A stretch of DNA of 64,000 nucleotides from Acholeplasmataceae bacterium (GTDB lineage Bacteria; Bacillota_I; Bacilli_A; Acholeplasmatales; Acholeplasmataceae): NCBI GenBank assembly GCA_963675245.1, contig OY775910.1, positions 256,001 through 320,000 of the forward strand, in the 5' to 3' direction. The notes under the pieces are model-generated. The model did no database searches, had not been told where the DNA came from, and worked only from the letters and a program-made list of their open reading frames with translations. Positions 35,922 to 46,535 of the stretch are shown piece by piece; position 1 is the stretch's first letter, and the number at the start of each line of letters is the position of its first letter. The translations under genes were made by a program, and so were the position numbers.

Positions 35922-37084
35922 GATTTTTCCTCCATCTTAGCGAGTTCATTAATGTAATCATCCATCCAGTCTGGTTCGCTCTTTTGTTTCTTTGTCGTTT
36001 CTTTCTTTTCAAATTTGGTTTCTAAATTTTGTGCATATGCTAATGCGTCTTCTGTCGTTTGTACCCCTTTATTCATCCAGTCATGCAACACTGTTTCCAA
36101 ATATTTTAAATTGGGTAAGACGCCTTGCTTTTGTTTTAATACGAGCATTAGAATAACATTGATAATACCTGGTTCAATTTGATTTCTTTCTAATAGCTGA
36201 ACTGCTGTAGAAAGTGATAAACCTTGCTGATCAACTTTTGCATATTTCGCAATAATGACCTGAGGTGTCAATGATTGTAAAACCGCTGCTTCTGGTTCTT
36301 CTTTTTCTTTAATAGTTAGTACTTTATGCTTACTTTCATAATACTGTTTTGCTTTAAAGTTTAAGACTTGATAACTGATATTTTGTTTAGATTCTGCGGC
36401 TTTCGCATAAACCTCAACCATATCATTAACATTATATTGATAGACAAATGCAATCCTTGATAATGTTTCTTGTAACTTATGGTTGAGTAGTTGAGAACTT
36501 TTTAATCGATCTGGTAATAATTCTACAAACTGATTAAAATCGAATCTATAATTTAAGTGACTACCACCATTTTGTTGTCTACCTTGAAGGTTATAATCAA
36601 GTTTTAATAAATTCAAACTCTTAAACTCATAAAGCGAATCAAATGATTTCGTCTGATTATCAAAACCTTCTAACTCAGGTTGATCCTTTTTAAACATTTC
36701 AGCCAACATATTTAAATTCTTATCACCAATTTCAGATTGTAAATAACTACCGAATACCGTATCTGTTAAAAACTGTTTTGCTGATAAAGGTGCTTTCATC
36801 ATATAAACAAATTCATCATTTTTCTGAAATGTTTGAATGAGGTTTAACGCTTCTAATTTATGTCTCATATTTAAGAATGCCGTTTGTTTTATATTGAGTA
36901 AATCAAACAGTTCTTGGTGAGTAAAAGATACTCTGTGTGTTTGATTAATGAGTTGATAGAACGTCACATATAAACTATGTGTATCCATACCTAGAAGCGG
37001 TTGATAAAGCAAGGAGAGAGATTTAAAATCTCCACTTGATAGATCAGATTGGATATGAATTTTAAAGGTTGAACTATTCTTCAT
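35918..37084 (-). CDS. dnaB: Bacillus-type replication initiation/helicase-loading protein
   Basis: LLYQPLLG N-terminal motif, C-terminal DnaD-like YLETVLHDW..KGV.T, PDW; coaE-dnaB-dnaI synteny. Confidence 0.88.
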   Translation of the reverse strand: MKNSSTFKIHIQSDLSSGDFKSLSLLYQPLLGMDTHSLYVTFYQLINQTHRVSFTHQELFDLLNIKQTAFLNMRHKLEALNLIQTFQKNDEFVYMMKAPLSAKQFLTDTVFGSYLQSEIGDKNLNMLAEMFKKDQPELEGFDNQTKSFDSLYEFKSLNLLKLDYNLQGRQQNGGSHLNYRFDFNQFVELLPDRLKSSQLLNHKLQETLSRIAFVYQYNVNDMVEVYAKAAESKQNISYQVLNFKAKQYYESKHKVLTIKEKEEPEAAVLQSLTPQVIIAKYAKVDQQGLSLSTAVQLLERNQIEPGIINVILMLVLKQKQGVLPNLKYLETVLHDWMNKGVQTTEDALAYAQNLETKFEKKETTKKQKSEPDWMDDYINELAKMEEKS

Positions 37085-37679
37085 TTAAAATACTCCTAAG
37101 CATATAATCGATGGTTTCATAAAGCACTGCTTTACTCTTTGAATTATCTAGAACAAAGTCAGCTAGTATACACTTTTCATCAATAGACATTTGCGCTGCA
37201 ATGCGTTTTTCAGCTTCTTGATCAGATACGCTATCACGTACCATTAATCGTATTTTTGCATCGTTTTTATCCACGTAAACAACCGCTGTGTAATCAACGC
37301 GATTTTGATAACCAACTTCAAATAATAATGGCATATCAATGACAATGATTTTTTCATACTGCAATGTTTTTAATTGTTTTCTAATTTCAGCAAAAACGTA
37401 AGGATGCACGATGGCATTCAATTCGTTACGCAATATCGTGTCATTATAGATGATATTGGCAATTGTCTTTTTATTTAACGTATGAAAAACAGATTTAATA
37501 TCAGAAAGCATTTCTTGATTTTCATTCCAAAGATCTTTAACGATTTCATCGCTATCAATGACTGGAATGTGTTGTTTTTTTAAATACGAACTTGCTGTGG
37601 ATTTGCCTGTAGCAATCCCCCCAGTTAATCCGATGACAATTGGTTTATTTTTGGCATGTTGGACAGGCATATGTTCCAC
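37074..37679 (-). CDS. coaE: Dephospho-CoA kinase
   Basis: GLTGGIATGKST, LNAIVHP, PLLFE. Confidence 0.95.
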   Translation of the reverse strand: MEHMPVQHAKNKPIVIGLTGGIATGKSTASSYLKKQHIPVIDSDEIVKDLWNENQEMLSDIKSVFHTLNKKTIANIIYNDTILRNELNAIVHPYVFAEIRKQLKTLQYEKIIVIDMPLLFEVGYQNRVDYTAVVYVDKNDAKIRLMVRDSVSDQEAEKRIAAQMSIDEKCILADFVLDNSKSKAVLYETIDYMLRSILNEE

Positions 37680-38454
37680 GTCCTCCTACTTTCGTCTTGA
37701 CGATTGTCGTTCCACAAATTGGACAAGGTTCTCCTACTTTCGTATGGACATTTAGTTCATTTTGAAAACGACCATGTACACCTAAAGAATCTGTATAACT
37801 TCTAATGGTTGTACCACCAAGTTGAACTGCTTTATCTAATACTTTAGTTGCACTTTCAACTAACGATGTTACTTCTTTTTTGGTTAATTTATCTGTTCTT
37901 CTTGTTGGGTTAATCTTGCTTAAGAATAATGTTTCATCTACATATATATTGCCTAGACCACTGATGATGTGTTGATCTAATAAAGCAGTCTTAATAGGAA
38001 TCTTCTTCTGATGAAGTTTATGATAAATGGTAATGGGATCCGCATCTTTAGGTTCAGGACCTAATACATTTAGGGGATAAGTTTCTTTATATTGAGATAA
38101 AGACTTTAAATGCATGGTGCCAAATTTTCTGACATCATGATATCGTAATGTGATCCCATCACCAAAACCAAACATAATATGTTCATGTTTATCTAAAGGT
38201 TCATCTTTTTTAATAAAGAATTTACCTTCCATTCTCAAATGAATAATTAATGCATCTTCATTTAAGATAAACACGAGGTGTTTACCATAGCGTTCAAGTC
38301 GTAATATCATTTGACCGATTAATCGATGTTTAAAATCATCGAGATCATGATGAATGATTGGTTCATATAATATACTTACGTCTTTAATTGTCTTGCCGAC
38401 GATCTGCTCAGCTAAAGTTCGTCTAACCGTTTCGACTTCTGGTAATTCAGGCAT
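37645..38454 (-). CDS. mutM: Formamidopyrimidine-DNA glycosylase
   Basis: MPELPEVE, HLRMEG, GLGNIY, C-terminal zinc finger. Confidence 0.97.
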   Translation of the reverse strand: MPELPEVETVRRTLAEQIVGKTIKDVSILYEPIIHHDLDDFKHRLIGQMILRLERYGKHLVFILNEDALIIHLRMEGKFFIKKDEPLDKHEHIMFGFGDGITLRYHDVRKFGTMHLKSLSQYKETYPLNVLGPEPKDADPITIYHKLHQKKIPIKTALLDQHIISGLGNIYVDETLFLSKINPTRRTDKLTKKEVTSLVESATKVLDKAVQLGGTTIRSYTDSLGVHGRFQNELNVHTKVGEPCPICGTTIVKTKVGGRGTYACPTCQK

Positions 38455-38457
38455 ATA

Positions 38458-41076
38458 TTATTTTAAATCGTACCATGTCTTACCAACATCACATGACGAT
38501 TCTAGTTCCACTTTTAGTGTCACTGCATTCGCCATCATCTTGGGTACAATTTCTTCCATTTCTTTAAGTTCTGATTCTGGTACTTCTAAAATCAATTCAT
38601 CGTGTACTTGTAATAACAATTTTGATTGCTTGTGGTTGTGTTTCAAATAGCGATATAAATCAATCATCGCTTTTTTGAGAATATCTGCTGCACTACCTTG
38701 AATCGGTGCGTTAAGTGCGGTACGTTCGCCAAAAGCACGTTGTGTAAATACAGATGATTGAAGTTCTGGAATATAACGTCTTCTTTTCATAATCGTTTCG
38801 ACATATGTATGATCATATGCAAACTTAACGATATCCTCCATATATGTTTTAATTTCTGGATAGACTTCTAAGTAACTATCGATAAAGTATTGTGCTTCTT
38901 TAGGAGAGACATTAATGTCTTCAGATAAACTCCACGCTCCAATACCATAGATGATGCCAAAGTTAACGGCCTTAGCCGCTCTACGCATATCACTATCAAC
39001 GTCATCAACATGGAAAATAGCCTTAGCGGTTTTCGTATGAATATCTTCATGATGTTCAAACGCGTCGATGAGTTGTTTCACATTTGCCATTGAAGCGAGA
39101 ACTCGCAATTCAATTTGTGAATAGTCTGCACCTAAAAACTTTCGCTCTTTTTCTGCAACAAATAATTTTCTAATTTGTCTACCTTCTTCAGTTCTAATCG
39201 GAATATTTTGAAGATTAGGGTCTAATGACGAAAGTCTGCCAGTTGTTGTTAATGCTTGATTGTAAATGGTATGAACTTTACCATCTTCAAAGATGTTTTG
39301 TTCAATACCCACAATATATGTTGAATAGAGTTTGGATAATTGTCTAAACTCTAAAATCAGCGGTATAATTGGATGCTTATCTTTTAAACGGTTTAAGACA
39401 TCTGCGTTTGTCGAATAACCTGTTTTCGTTTTCTTACCATTTGGTAATGCAAGTTTTTCAAACAAGATTTCACCTAATTGTTTTGGTGAACTGACTTTAA
39501 ATGTTTCACCTGCTAATGACTGAATCTCTTGTTCAATATCATCAATGCGGTTTTGAAGTGCTTCACCTTGATGTTTAAGTTCTTCTTGATCGACATTAAG
39601 ACCACGATATTCCATTTCAGCTAGTACATCAGATAAAGGTAGTTCGATATCTGTAAATAATGGTAATTGTTCTTGATCTTTTAAGTCTTTTAGAAGTTGA
39701 TCTTTTAACATAAAAGTTGCTTTCGCTTTGGAGACGATATGTTTTTGATAAACACTTTCGTCTTCTGGTAATCCTTTTTTAGCACCTTTACCATATACTT
39801 GTTCTTCGTATAAAACATCTTCATAATTAAATGTTGCAGCAATCCGTTTAAACTCTTCTTTCCCAATATGAGAATTGAGAAGATACGCAGCAAGCAATAA
39901 ATCAAAGCTCACACCTTCTAAATTGCCTTGATGCCACATGAGAAATACTTTAGCTGATTTATAATCATATGTATATTTTTCAATTTTCGGATCACTCAAA
40001 AATGTTTGAAAGCCAATTGATGAGAGTGCAAAATCAGGTGATAGATAATAATGATGTTTTCCATCACTTAATCCGATACCCCATAAGTCCGCTTTGTGAT
40101 AGTTATAATCAGATAACTCAATAAAGACAGCCATCTTTGGTTTTAACACTTTATCTAACTCATGCTCTGATGTGATAACTTTGTAATCCCATGCTTCGAT
40201 TTCTACAGGTTCTTCAATGCGTTTTACAAGCACATGAAAATCTAGTTCTTGAAGAAAACCAATGAGTTCTTTTGATTTAACTGGTTCACGTTTAATGTTT
40301 TCAAGATGGACATCAATATCTGCATAACGATCAATTGTTACTAGTTTTTTACTCATGATGGCAGATGCTTCACCATCACTAATCTTTTCGCCAAGTTTAC
40401 CTTTAATCTCATTTTTATGTGCTAATATATTTTCTAAAGTGTCATATTGTTGTAATAATTTAATCGCGGTTTTTTCACCGACACCTGGAATACCTGGAAT
40501 GTTATCTGAAGGATCACCCATTAATGCTTTCATATCAATCATTTGTTCATGGGTTAAACCATATACTTCTACAAGTTTTTCTGGTGTAAATTCATGGACT
40601 TCTTGCATCCCTTTTTTTAATAAATTAACCGTAACGTTTTGATCAACAAGTTGTAGCATATCTTTATCTGATGAATAGATATTCACATGATATCCTTTGT
40701 CTGAAGCTAATTTAGCAATCGTTCCAATAATATCGTCTGCTTCATAACCGCCTTTAGAATATCTAACCACACCGTTTAAATCAACGTATTTATAGACGAG
40801 TGGGATTTGTTGTCCTAACTCTTCAGGCATTTTTTGTCTACCTGCTTTATAACCTTCATATTCAAGATGCCTTTTAGTCGGTTCTGCTGTATCAAAAGCA
40901 ACCAATACATCCGTATGTTCAATCTCTAAAATCTTGTCAAACATACCTGCAAATGCGAACACGGCATTCGTAAAAACACCTGAACTTGATTGCATAATTT
41001 TCGCACCCGGATAGGCGGTGGCATAATACGCGCGAAACATGATAGAATTACCGTCAATCAGTGTGATTTTTTTCAT
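38458..41076 (-). CDS. polA: DNA polymerase I
   Basis: 5'-3' exonuclease, DYSQIELR, KAVNFGIIYG, QVHDEL. Confidence 0.98.
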   Translation of the reverse strand: MKKITLIDGNSIMFRAYYATAYPGAKIMQSSSGVFTNAVFAFAGMFDKILEIEHTDVLVAFDTAEPTKRHLEYEGYKAGRQKMPEELGQQIPLVYKYVDLNGVVRYSKGGYEADDIIGTIAKLASDKGYHVNIYSSDKDMLQLVDQNVTVNLLKKGMQEVHEFTPEKLVEVYGLTHEQMIDMKALMGDPSDNIPGIPGVGEKTAIKLLQQYDTLENILAHKNEIKGKLGEKISDGEASAIMSKKLVTIDRYADIDVHLENIKREPVKSKELIGFLQELDFHVLVKRIEEPVEIEAWDYKVITSEHELDKVLKPKMAVFIELSDYNYHKADLWGIGLSDGKHHYYLSPDFALSSIGFQTFLSDPKIEKYTYDYKSAKVFLMWHQGNLEGVSFDLLLAAYLLNSHIGKEEFKRIAATFNYEDVLYEEQVYGKGAKKGLPEDESVYQKHIVSKAKATFMLKDQLLKDLKDQEQLPLFTDIELPLSDVLAEMEYRGLNVDQEELKHQGEALQNRIDDIEQEIQSLAGETFKVSSPKQLGEILFEKLALPNGKKTKTGYSTNADVLNRLKDKHPIIPLILEFRQLSKLYSTYIVGIEQNIFEDGKVHTIYNQALTTTGRLSSLDPNLQNIPIRTEEGRQIRKLFVAEKERKFLGADYSQIELRVLASMANVKQLIDAFEHHEDIHTKTAKAIFHVDDVDSDMRRAAKAVNFGIIYGIGAWSLSEDINVSPKEAQYFIDSYLEVYPEIKTYMEDIVKFAYDHTYVETIMKRRRYIPELQSSVFTQRAFGERTALNAPIQGSAADILKKAMIDLYRYLKHNHKQSKLLLQVHDELILEVPESELKEMEEIVPKMMANAVTLKVELESSCDVGKTWYDLK

Positions 41077-41122
41077 CCAGAAACACTCCTTTTTTATATT
41101 TTAACATGAGATGTCTGTCAAA

Positions 41123-41145
41123 TTTTCCACCAGATTTGTGGATAA
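41123..41145. promoter_or_regulatory. DnaA box pair (or weak hairpin) upstream of the polA operon
   Basis: Perfect TTATCCACA on minus strand at 41137-41145 and TTTTCCACC on plus strand at 41123-41131. Confidence 0.45.
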
Positions 41146-41154
41146 CTTAAAGGG

Positions 41155-42558
41155 TCAACGTCGCCATTGACCCTTATTTTTACCTTTACCTTTTTTACTT
41201 TTTTGTTTTCCCATGATTTGACCCGGATTGCTTTGCATCCCTTGAAGTTGACGTTCATCCATGCTCATCATTTGTTTCATCATGCGTTTTTGTTGCGTTA
41301 AAGCATCTCTTAAACGATTAAGATCTGCAACATTCATCCCTGATCCCTTAGCCACTCTTTGACGTCTTCTAGAAGAACTATCAATAAGCTTTGGATCTTT
41401 TCTTTCAGCCTCTGTCATCGAATGGATTAAAACACTCATTTTATCAAATTGTTTATCATCAATTTGTGACACAGCATCTTTCATTTTTCCTAATCCTGGA
41501 ATGAATCCAGCAATTCTTGAAAGAGAACCCATCCTTTTAATCATTTTAAACTGTTTCATTAAGTCATTATAGTTAAACGTATCAGACATTAATTTATCCA
41601 TCATGGATTTTGCTTCATCTTCATCAATCGCGTCAGTCGCTTTTTCAACTAATGTCATGACATCACCCATACCTAAAATACGGTCTGCCATACGATCAGG
41701 ATGGAATACTTCAAACGTATCCATCTTCTCACCACTTGAAGCGAATTTGATTGGAATACCCGATACTTCTCTAATTGATAAAGCTGCCCCACCTCTGGTA
41801 TCGCCATCTAGTTTTGTTAAGATGGCACCTGTTGCGTTAATCTGATCATGGAATGATTTAGCGATATTCGCAGCATCCTGTCCAGTCATCGCATCAACGG
41901 TTAATAATATTTCAGTCGGTTGAGCAATCTCTTTAACATCAATGAGTTCTTGCATCATCGCCTCATCAATGTGAAGACGACCAGCCGTATCGATAATCAC
42001 GACATCAAAGCCTTCTGCTTTGGCGTGTGCTAAACCATTTTTAACAATGACTCTTGCATCTTTTATGCCTTCATCATAGACTGGAATATCAATTTGTTTT
42101 CCGATTGTTCTTAACTGATCAATCGCTGCAGGACGATACACATCAGCTGCGATAAACATGACTTTTTTCTTTGTTTCTTTTCTGATATATACACCTAGTT
42201 TACCAATTGATGTGGTTTTACCAGAACCTTGTAACCCCATGGTCATAATCGTGGTGAATCCAGAAGTTGCATAATTTAGCATCTTCGTTTCTTCACCCAT
42301 GACACGTACTAATTCATCATGAACCACTTTGACAACTTGTTGACCAGGATTTAATCCTTTTAAGATTTTTTCACCAACAGCTTGTTCTTTCACATGATTA
42401 ATAAACGATTTTACAACGCGAAAATTAACGTCAGCCTCTAAAAGAGAAAGACGTACTTCACGCATCATCTCATCGATATCTTTTTCCGTTAAAAAGCCAC
42501 GTCCCGTCAGACGACGCATTGCCATCTGCAAACGTGAACTTAAAGAGTTTTCAGCCAT
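41155..42558 (-). CDS. ffh: Signal recognition particle protein
   Basis: GLQGSGKTT, DTAGR, TKLDG, Met-rich M domain. Confidence 0.98.
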   Translation of the reverse strand: MAENSLSSRLQMAMRRLTGRGFLTEKDIDEMMREVRLSLLEADVNFRVVKSFINHVKEQAVGEKILKGLNPGQQVVKVVHDELVRVMGEETKMLNYATSGFTTIMTMGLQGSGKTTSIGKLGVYIRKETKKKVMFIAADVYRPAAIDQLRTIGKQIDIPVYDEGIKDARVIVKNGLAHAKAEGFDVVIIDTAGRLHIDEAMMQELIDVKEIAQPTEILLTVDAMTGQDAANIAKSFHDQINATGAILTKLDGDTRGGAALSIREVSGIPIKFASSGEKMDTFEVFHPDRMADRILGMGDVMTLVEKATDAIDEDEAKSMMDKLMSDTFNYNDLMKQFKMIKRMGSLSRIAGFIPGLGKMKDAVSQIDDKQFDKMSVLIHSMTEAERKDPKLIDSSSRRRQRVAKGSGMNVADLNRLRDALTQQKRMMKQMMSMDERQLQGMQSNPGQIMGKQKSKKGKGKNKGQWRR

Positions 42559-42872
42559 TAATCATCCAACTTTCTAATCGCTTCAATAAGCGCTTTATCA
42601 CATTTTTCTTCTAATTTATTTAATAGCTCTTCACGTGCATTTTCTTTGTCATATAATTTTAATTTTGATTCGTAATCTAATAAATGTATTTCAACTTTTT
42701 TGAGTTGATCATAAATAGCATTACGACTCACTTTAAAAATTTCGGCAATCTCTTGAAGCGAATAATCATCCACATAATAATAAACAAAAGATTGTGATTG
42801 TTTATCAGTAAGTAACGCACCATATAGTTCAAAAAGACGATTTAAATATTCTTTCTTTTCTAACGTTTCCAT
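42558..42872 (-). CDS. ylxM: YlxM family protein
   Basis: YGALLTDKQ, DDYSLQEIAE..VSRNAIYD; between ftsY and ffh. Confidence 0.92.
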   Translation of the reverse strand: METLEKKEYLNRLFELYGALLTDKQSQSFVYYYVDDYSLQEIAEIFKVSRNAIYDQLKKVEIHLLDYESKLKLYDKENAREELLNKLEEKCDKALIEAIRKLDD

Positions 42873-42875
42873 AAC

Positions 42876-43838
42876 TTACTCCTTAAAGAAATCTTGAAAT
42901 AGACCATAAATATAACGTTCTATATCAAAATAAACAAGATCATCCACTTTTTCACCTAAACCAACATATTTGATTGGTAAGTGATACTGATGTCTAATGG
43001 CTAGAACGATACCACCTTTAGCAGTGCCATCAAGTTTTGTTAAAACAATACCTGAAACATCGGTAGCTTCTTTAAACACTTCTGCTTGACGCATGCCATT
43101 TTGCCCTGTTGTCGCATCAATCACAAGTAACGTTTCTTGTGGTGCATTAGGTAAAGTTTTTTGAATCACACGTTTCATCTTTTCCAGTTCATGCATCAAA
43201 TTAACTTTTGTTTGTAACCTACCAGCAGTATCACACAAGACAATGTCATAATGTTCTTGTTTCGCATACTGTATGGCATCATAAATGACAGATGACGGAT
43301 CAGTACCTTGTGGCTTTTCAAACACATACGCACCCACACGTTCACCCCATACCTTTAACTGTTCAATCGCACCCGCTCTAAATGTATCACCTGCCACTAA
43401 TAAAACACGTTTCTTTTCATCCATTAATTGCTTTGCAAGTTTAGCGATTGTGGTCGTTTTACCAACACCATTAACGCCAACAAATAAGTAGACATTTAAT
43501 TCGTTTTCATCATAGCGTAATGCGGTATTTACAATTTCACCTTGTAGATATAATTCAAACATTTTATCAACGATGATTTCTGCTAAATCTTTAGGATCTT
43601 CAATATGTTTATTTTCGACGTCTTTTCTTAATTGTTCCACGAAATGAACAACCGTTTCAACGCCTATATCAGCTTGAATAAAAATATCTTCTAAGGCATC
43701 AAAAAGGCTATCATCAATGGTTTTTGATGACGCTAAAATCATTTTTAAATCACCAAGTCGATCATTGGTTTTATGTAGACCTAATGTATATTTATCACGT
43801 TTACCTTTTCTATTGAAAAGAGACTTGAATAATCCCAT
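42876..43838 (-). CDS. ftsY: SRP receptor
   Basis: GVNGVGKTTT, DTFRAGA, DTAGRL, TKLDGTAKGG. Confidence 0.97.
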   Translation of the reverse strand: MGLFKSLFNRKGKRDKYTLGLHKTNDRLGDLKMILASSKTIDDSLFDALEDIFIQADIGVETVVHFVEQLRKDVENKHIEDPKDLAEIIVDKMFELYLQGEIVNTALRYDENELNVYLFVGVNGVGKTTTIAKLAKQLMDEKKRVLLVAGDTFRAGAIEQLKVWGERVGAYVFEKPQGTDPSSVIYDAIQYAKQEHYDIVLCDTAGRLQTKVNLMHELEKMKRVIQKTLPNAPQETLLVIDATTGQNGMRQAEVFKEATDVSGIVLTKLDGTAKGGIVLAIRHQYHLPIKYVGLGEKVDDLVYFDIERYIYGLFQDFFKE

Positions 43839-43895
43839 ATTTGACTCCTTTTTGACTCTTACTTATTATAGCATATCAAAAAGAAAACCGAAAGA

Positions 43896-44396
43896 CTAGG
43901 CTTTCGGTAATGCTTTAACAAATGCAACTAATTTATCATAGTCAGGATGATTGCTCATTTCTTCTAAATATTCTTTATAAATCACTTTTCTTTGAGGATC
44001 AAGAACAAACACAGCTCGTGATTGTAGTCTTAGTTCTTTCATCTCTGTACCAAACTTATGAGCAAAGTCTAATAAGACATTGTCAGACAATGTAATGATA
44101 TTATCTAATCCTTCATTACCACACCATCTCGCTTGTGCAAAAGGTGTATCATTACTAATTGTTAATACGACTAAATCTTCTCTTGAAGACAATTCATTAT
44201 TAACGGTACGGGTTTGCATCGAACAGACACTTGTATCAAGTGATGGTACGACGCTTAATACCACATAGGGTTGCTTAAAATCAGATAAACTTGCCCATTC
44301 AAAATTCGTTTTTAATGCTTTAAAATCTGGTGCTAAATCACCAACGTTTTTCGTTTCTCCAACGAGTGTTACAGGGTTACCTCCAAATGTAGTCAT
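43896..44396 (-). CDS. tpx: Thiol peroxidase
   Basis: VPSLDTSVC, PFAQARWC. Confidence 0.95.
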   Translation of the reverse strand: MTTFGGNPVTLVGETKNVGDLAPDFKALKTNFEWASLSDFKQPYVVLSVVPSLDTSVCSMQTRTVNNELSSREDLVVLTISNDTPFAQARWCGNEGLDNIITLSDNVLLDFAHKFGTEMKELRLQSRAVFVLDPQRKVIYKEYLEEMSNHPDYDKLVAFVKALPKA

Positions 44397-44448
44397 ACAT
44401 TATACCTCCATTTCCAAAGCCATTATATCAAATAACAAATCGCCCTTC

Positions 44449-44553
44449 AAAAAAAGTGACCTCCCGAAAAGGTCGGGAGGTCTAATTAAGGGGATTTTTG
44501 TGTACATAGTACACGAAATAGGGGATAAGTAACATCCTATCGCTAGGATGCAA
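44449..44553 (-). ncRNA. Candidate trans-acting sRNA with two C-rich motifs
   Basis: TTTACA-N17-TAATAT promoter (44587-44559, TGn extended), three hairpins, strong terminator, two unpaired ATCCCCT. Confidence 0.6.
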
Positions 44554-44602
44554 TGAGTATATTATCATGTTTTTGCAGTTTTGTAAAGAAAAATATACTT
44601 TT

Positions 44603-46387
44603 TTAGTCTTTTTTAATATATTTACACTTTGGAAAACCACTACAAGCAATGAATTCTCCATAACGAGATGTTCTAATCACAAGCGGTTTACCACACACTG
44701 GACAAATCTCATCTGTTTCTTTCGGACCAATCTTTTTCATGTTCTTTTGTGCGTTATCTACAAGTGGCACGAAGCCATGATAGAACTCGGAAACAAGCGT
44801 CACACCAGATTCTTTTCCTTCTGCAATTTCATCAAGTGCCTTTTCCATATGAGATGTATAATCAACATTGATAATTCGTTTAAAGAAAAGGTCTAATTGT
44901 TCAGATGTAAGTTTACCTTGATCTGTTGGTGTAAATCTTTTTTTAACAAGCGTCACATAATCACGATGTTTCAATGTTTGAATAATTTGTGAATATGTTG
45001 AAGGTCTACCAATACCAAGAGATTCCATTTCTTTAATTAACGTCGCTTCAGAATATCTTGCTGGTGGTGTCGTCACCTTTTCAATCATTTCGATCTTTTG
45101 TGCATTAAGGTGATCACCAACATTGAGTTTTGGTAACTTTTTCGCTTTTGGTTTTGCATCATTGAAAACACGATAATGCCCATCAAATGTTTCGGTTAAA
45201 CCTTCAGTTGCGTAAACATTGTTTCCGGCTTTTAAAGTAATTTTAGTAGATTCAAAGATGGCTGGTGCCATGAGTGAGGCAAGTGCTCTTTCATAGATGC
45301 GTTTATATAGTCTATATTCATCTTTTGTTAAGTGGTGTTCAAGTGATTCAGGTGTAAGCTTTAAAGATGTTGGTCTAATTGCTTCATGGGCATCTTGTGC
45401 ATTATCTTTAATATTCGCACGATACTTCCCTAAATACTTCTTACCATAAGCTTCTTCAATATGGTGTTGAGCTTCACTAACAAACGGTCCTGCTAGTCTA
45501 GGTGAGTCTGTACGCATGTAGGTAATCAAACCAATAATCTCTCCATTGATTTCTTTACCTTCATATAGACTTTGAGCCACCATCATCGTACGTGCAGTAC
45601 TCATATTTAAACTATTCACTGCATCCTGTTGTAATGTTGATGTAATAAATGGTGGTCTTGGATTTCTGTTTGATGGTTTTACATCAATTTTAGTAATCTC
45701 AAATGGGTTTACAGATGTCGCAACAATCTGTTCTGCTTCTTCCTTATTAATACGTTTATTTGTTGAAATCACATAACTCGCTTTTAAGTGAGGTATATGC
45801 GCGTCAATTTCATAATATGTTTCAGGAACAAAGGCTTCGATTTCTTTTTCTAAATCAACAATTAATTTAAGGGCAACACTTTGAACACGTCCTGCTGATT
45901 TTGATTTAATCTTTGATTGTAATAATTTTGATAGTTTAAAACCAATGATACGATCAAGAATACGTCTCGCTTCTTGTGAATTAACGAGATTTTGATCGAT
46001 CTTACGAGGATGTTCTAATGCTTCTAGAATTGCGGGTTTTGTAATTTCACGAAAGACGATTCTATTTTTATCTTCAGGATTTAAGTCTAAAATCTGTGCA
46101 AGATGCCAACCAATCGCTTCGCCTTCTCTATCAGGGTCGGTCGCGATTAATACGTCTCTACCTTTTGCTTTATCTTTTAATTCTTTTATGACTGATTTCT
46201 TACCTTTAATTGCCACGTAAGTCGGTTGGAAATCATTTTCTATATCAATACCTAATCCATCTTTACCAGAAATCGCTAAGTCACGGATGTGACCCTTAGA
46301 TGAAAGAACGAGCGTGTCTTTACCGACATAACTCGCAATTGTCTTAGATTTTGATGGGGATTCTACGATAATCATTCTTTTATTCAT
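44603..46387 (-). CDS. topA: DNA topoisomerase I
   Basis: IVESPSK, ATDPDREGE, SAGRVQS, ITYMRTDS, C-terminal zinc ribbon; start moved to ATG after GGAG. Confidence 0.97.
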   Translation of the reverse strand: MNKRMIIVESPSKSKTIASYVGKDTLVLSSKGHIRDLAISGKDGLGIDIENDFQPTYVAIKGKKSVIKELKDKAKGRDVLIATDPDREGEAIGWHLAQILDLNPEDKNRIVFREITKPAILEALEHPRKIDQNLVNSQEARRILDRIIGFKLSKLLQSKIKSKSAGRVQSVALKLIVDLEKEIEAFVPETYYEIDAHIPHLKASYVISTNKRINKEEAEQIVATSVNPFEITKIDVKPSNRNPRPPFITSTLQQDAVNSLNMSTARTMMVAQSLYEGKEINGEIIGLITYMRTDSPRLAGPFVSEAQHHIEEAYGKKYLGKYRANIKDNAQDAHEAIRPTSLKLTPESLEHHLTKDEYRLYKRIYERALASLMAPAIFESTKITLKAGNNVYATEGLTETFDGHYRVFNDAKPKAKKLPKLNVGDHLNAQKIEMIEKVTTPPARYSEATLIKEMESLGIGRPSTYSQIIQTLKHRDYVTLVKKRFTPTDQGKLTSEQLDLFFKRIINVDYTSHMEKALDEIAEGKESGVTLVSEFYHGFVPLVDNAQKNMKKIGPKETDEICPVCGKPLVIRTSRYGEFIACSGFPKCKYIKKD

Positions 46388-46535
46388 GTGTGCATTAACT
46401 CCTTCACCTTTTCTATTATATAAGAGCAAACCCATAAGTCAAGTAAAATATTTTTATTCCTTTCTATATATATTATTTAAATATATATTTTTTTCACTTT
46501 CATGATAGCCACAATTGACTCAATTTTTCTTTATT

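Noticed and set aside
44449..44553. SRP RNA (near ffh/ftsY), 6S RNA or tmRNA
   Set aside because: No SRP helix-8 GNRA/AGCAG motif, no long 6S-type rod, far too short for tmRNA.
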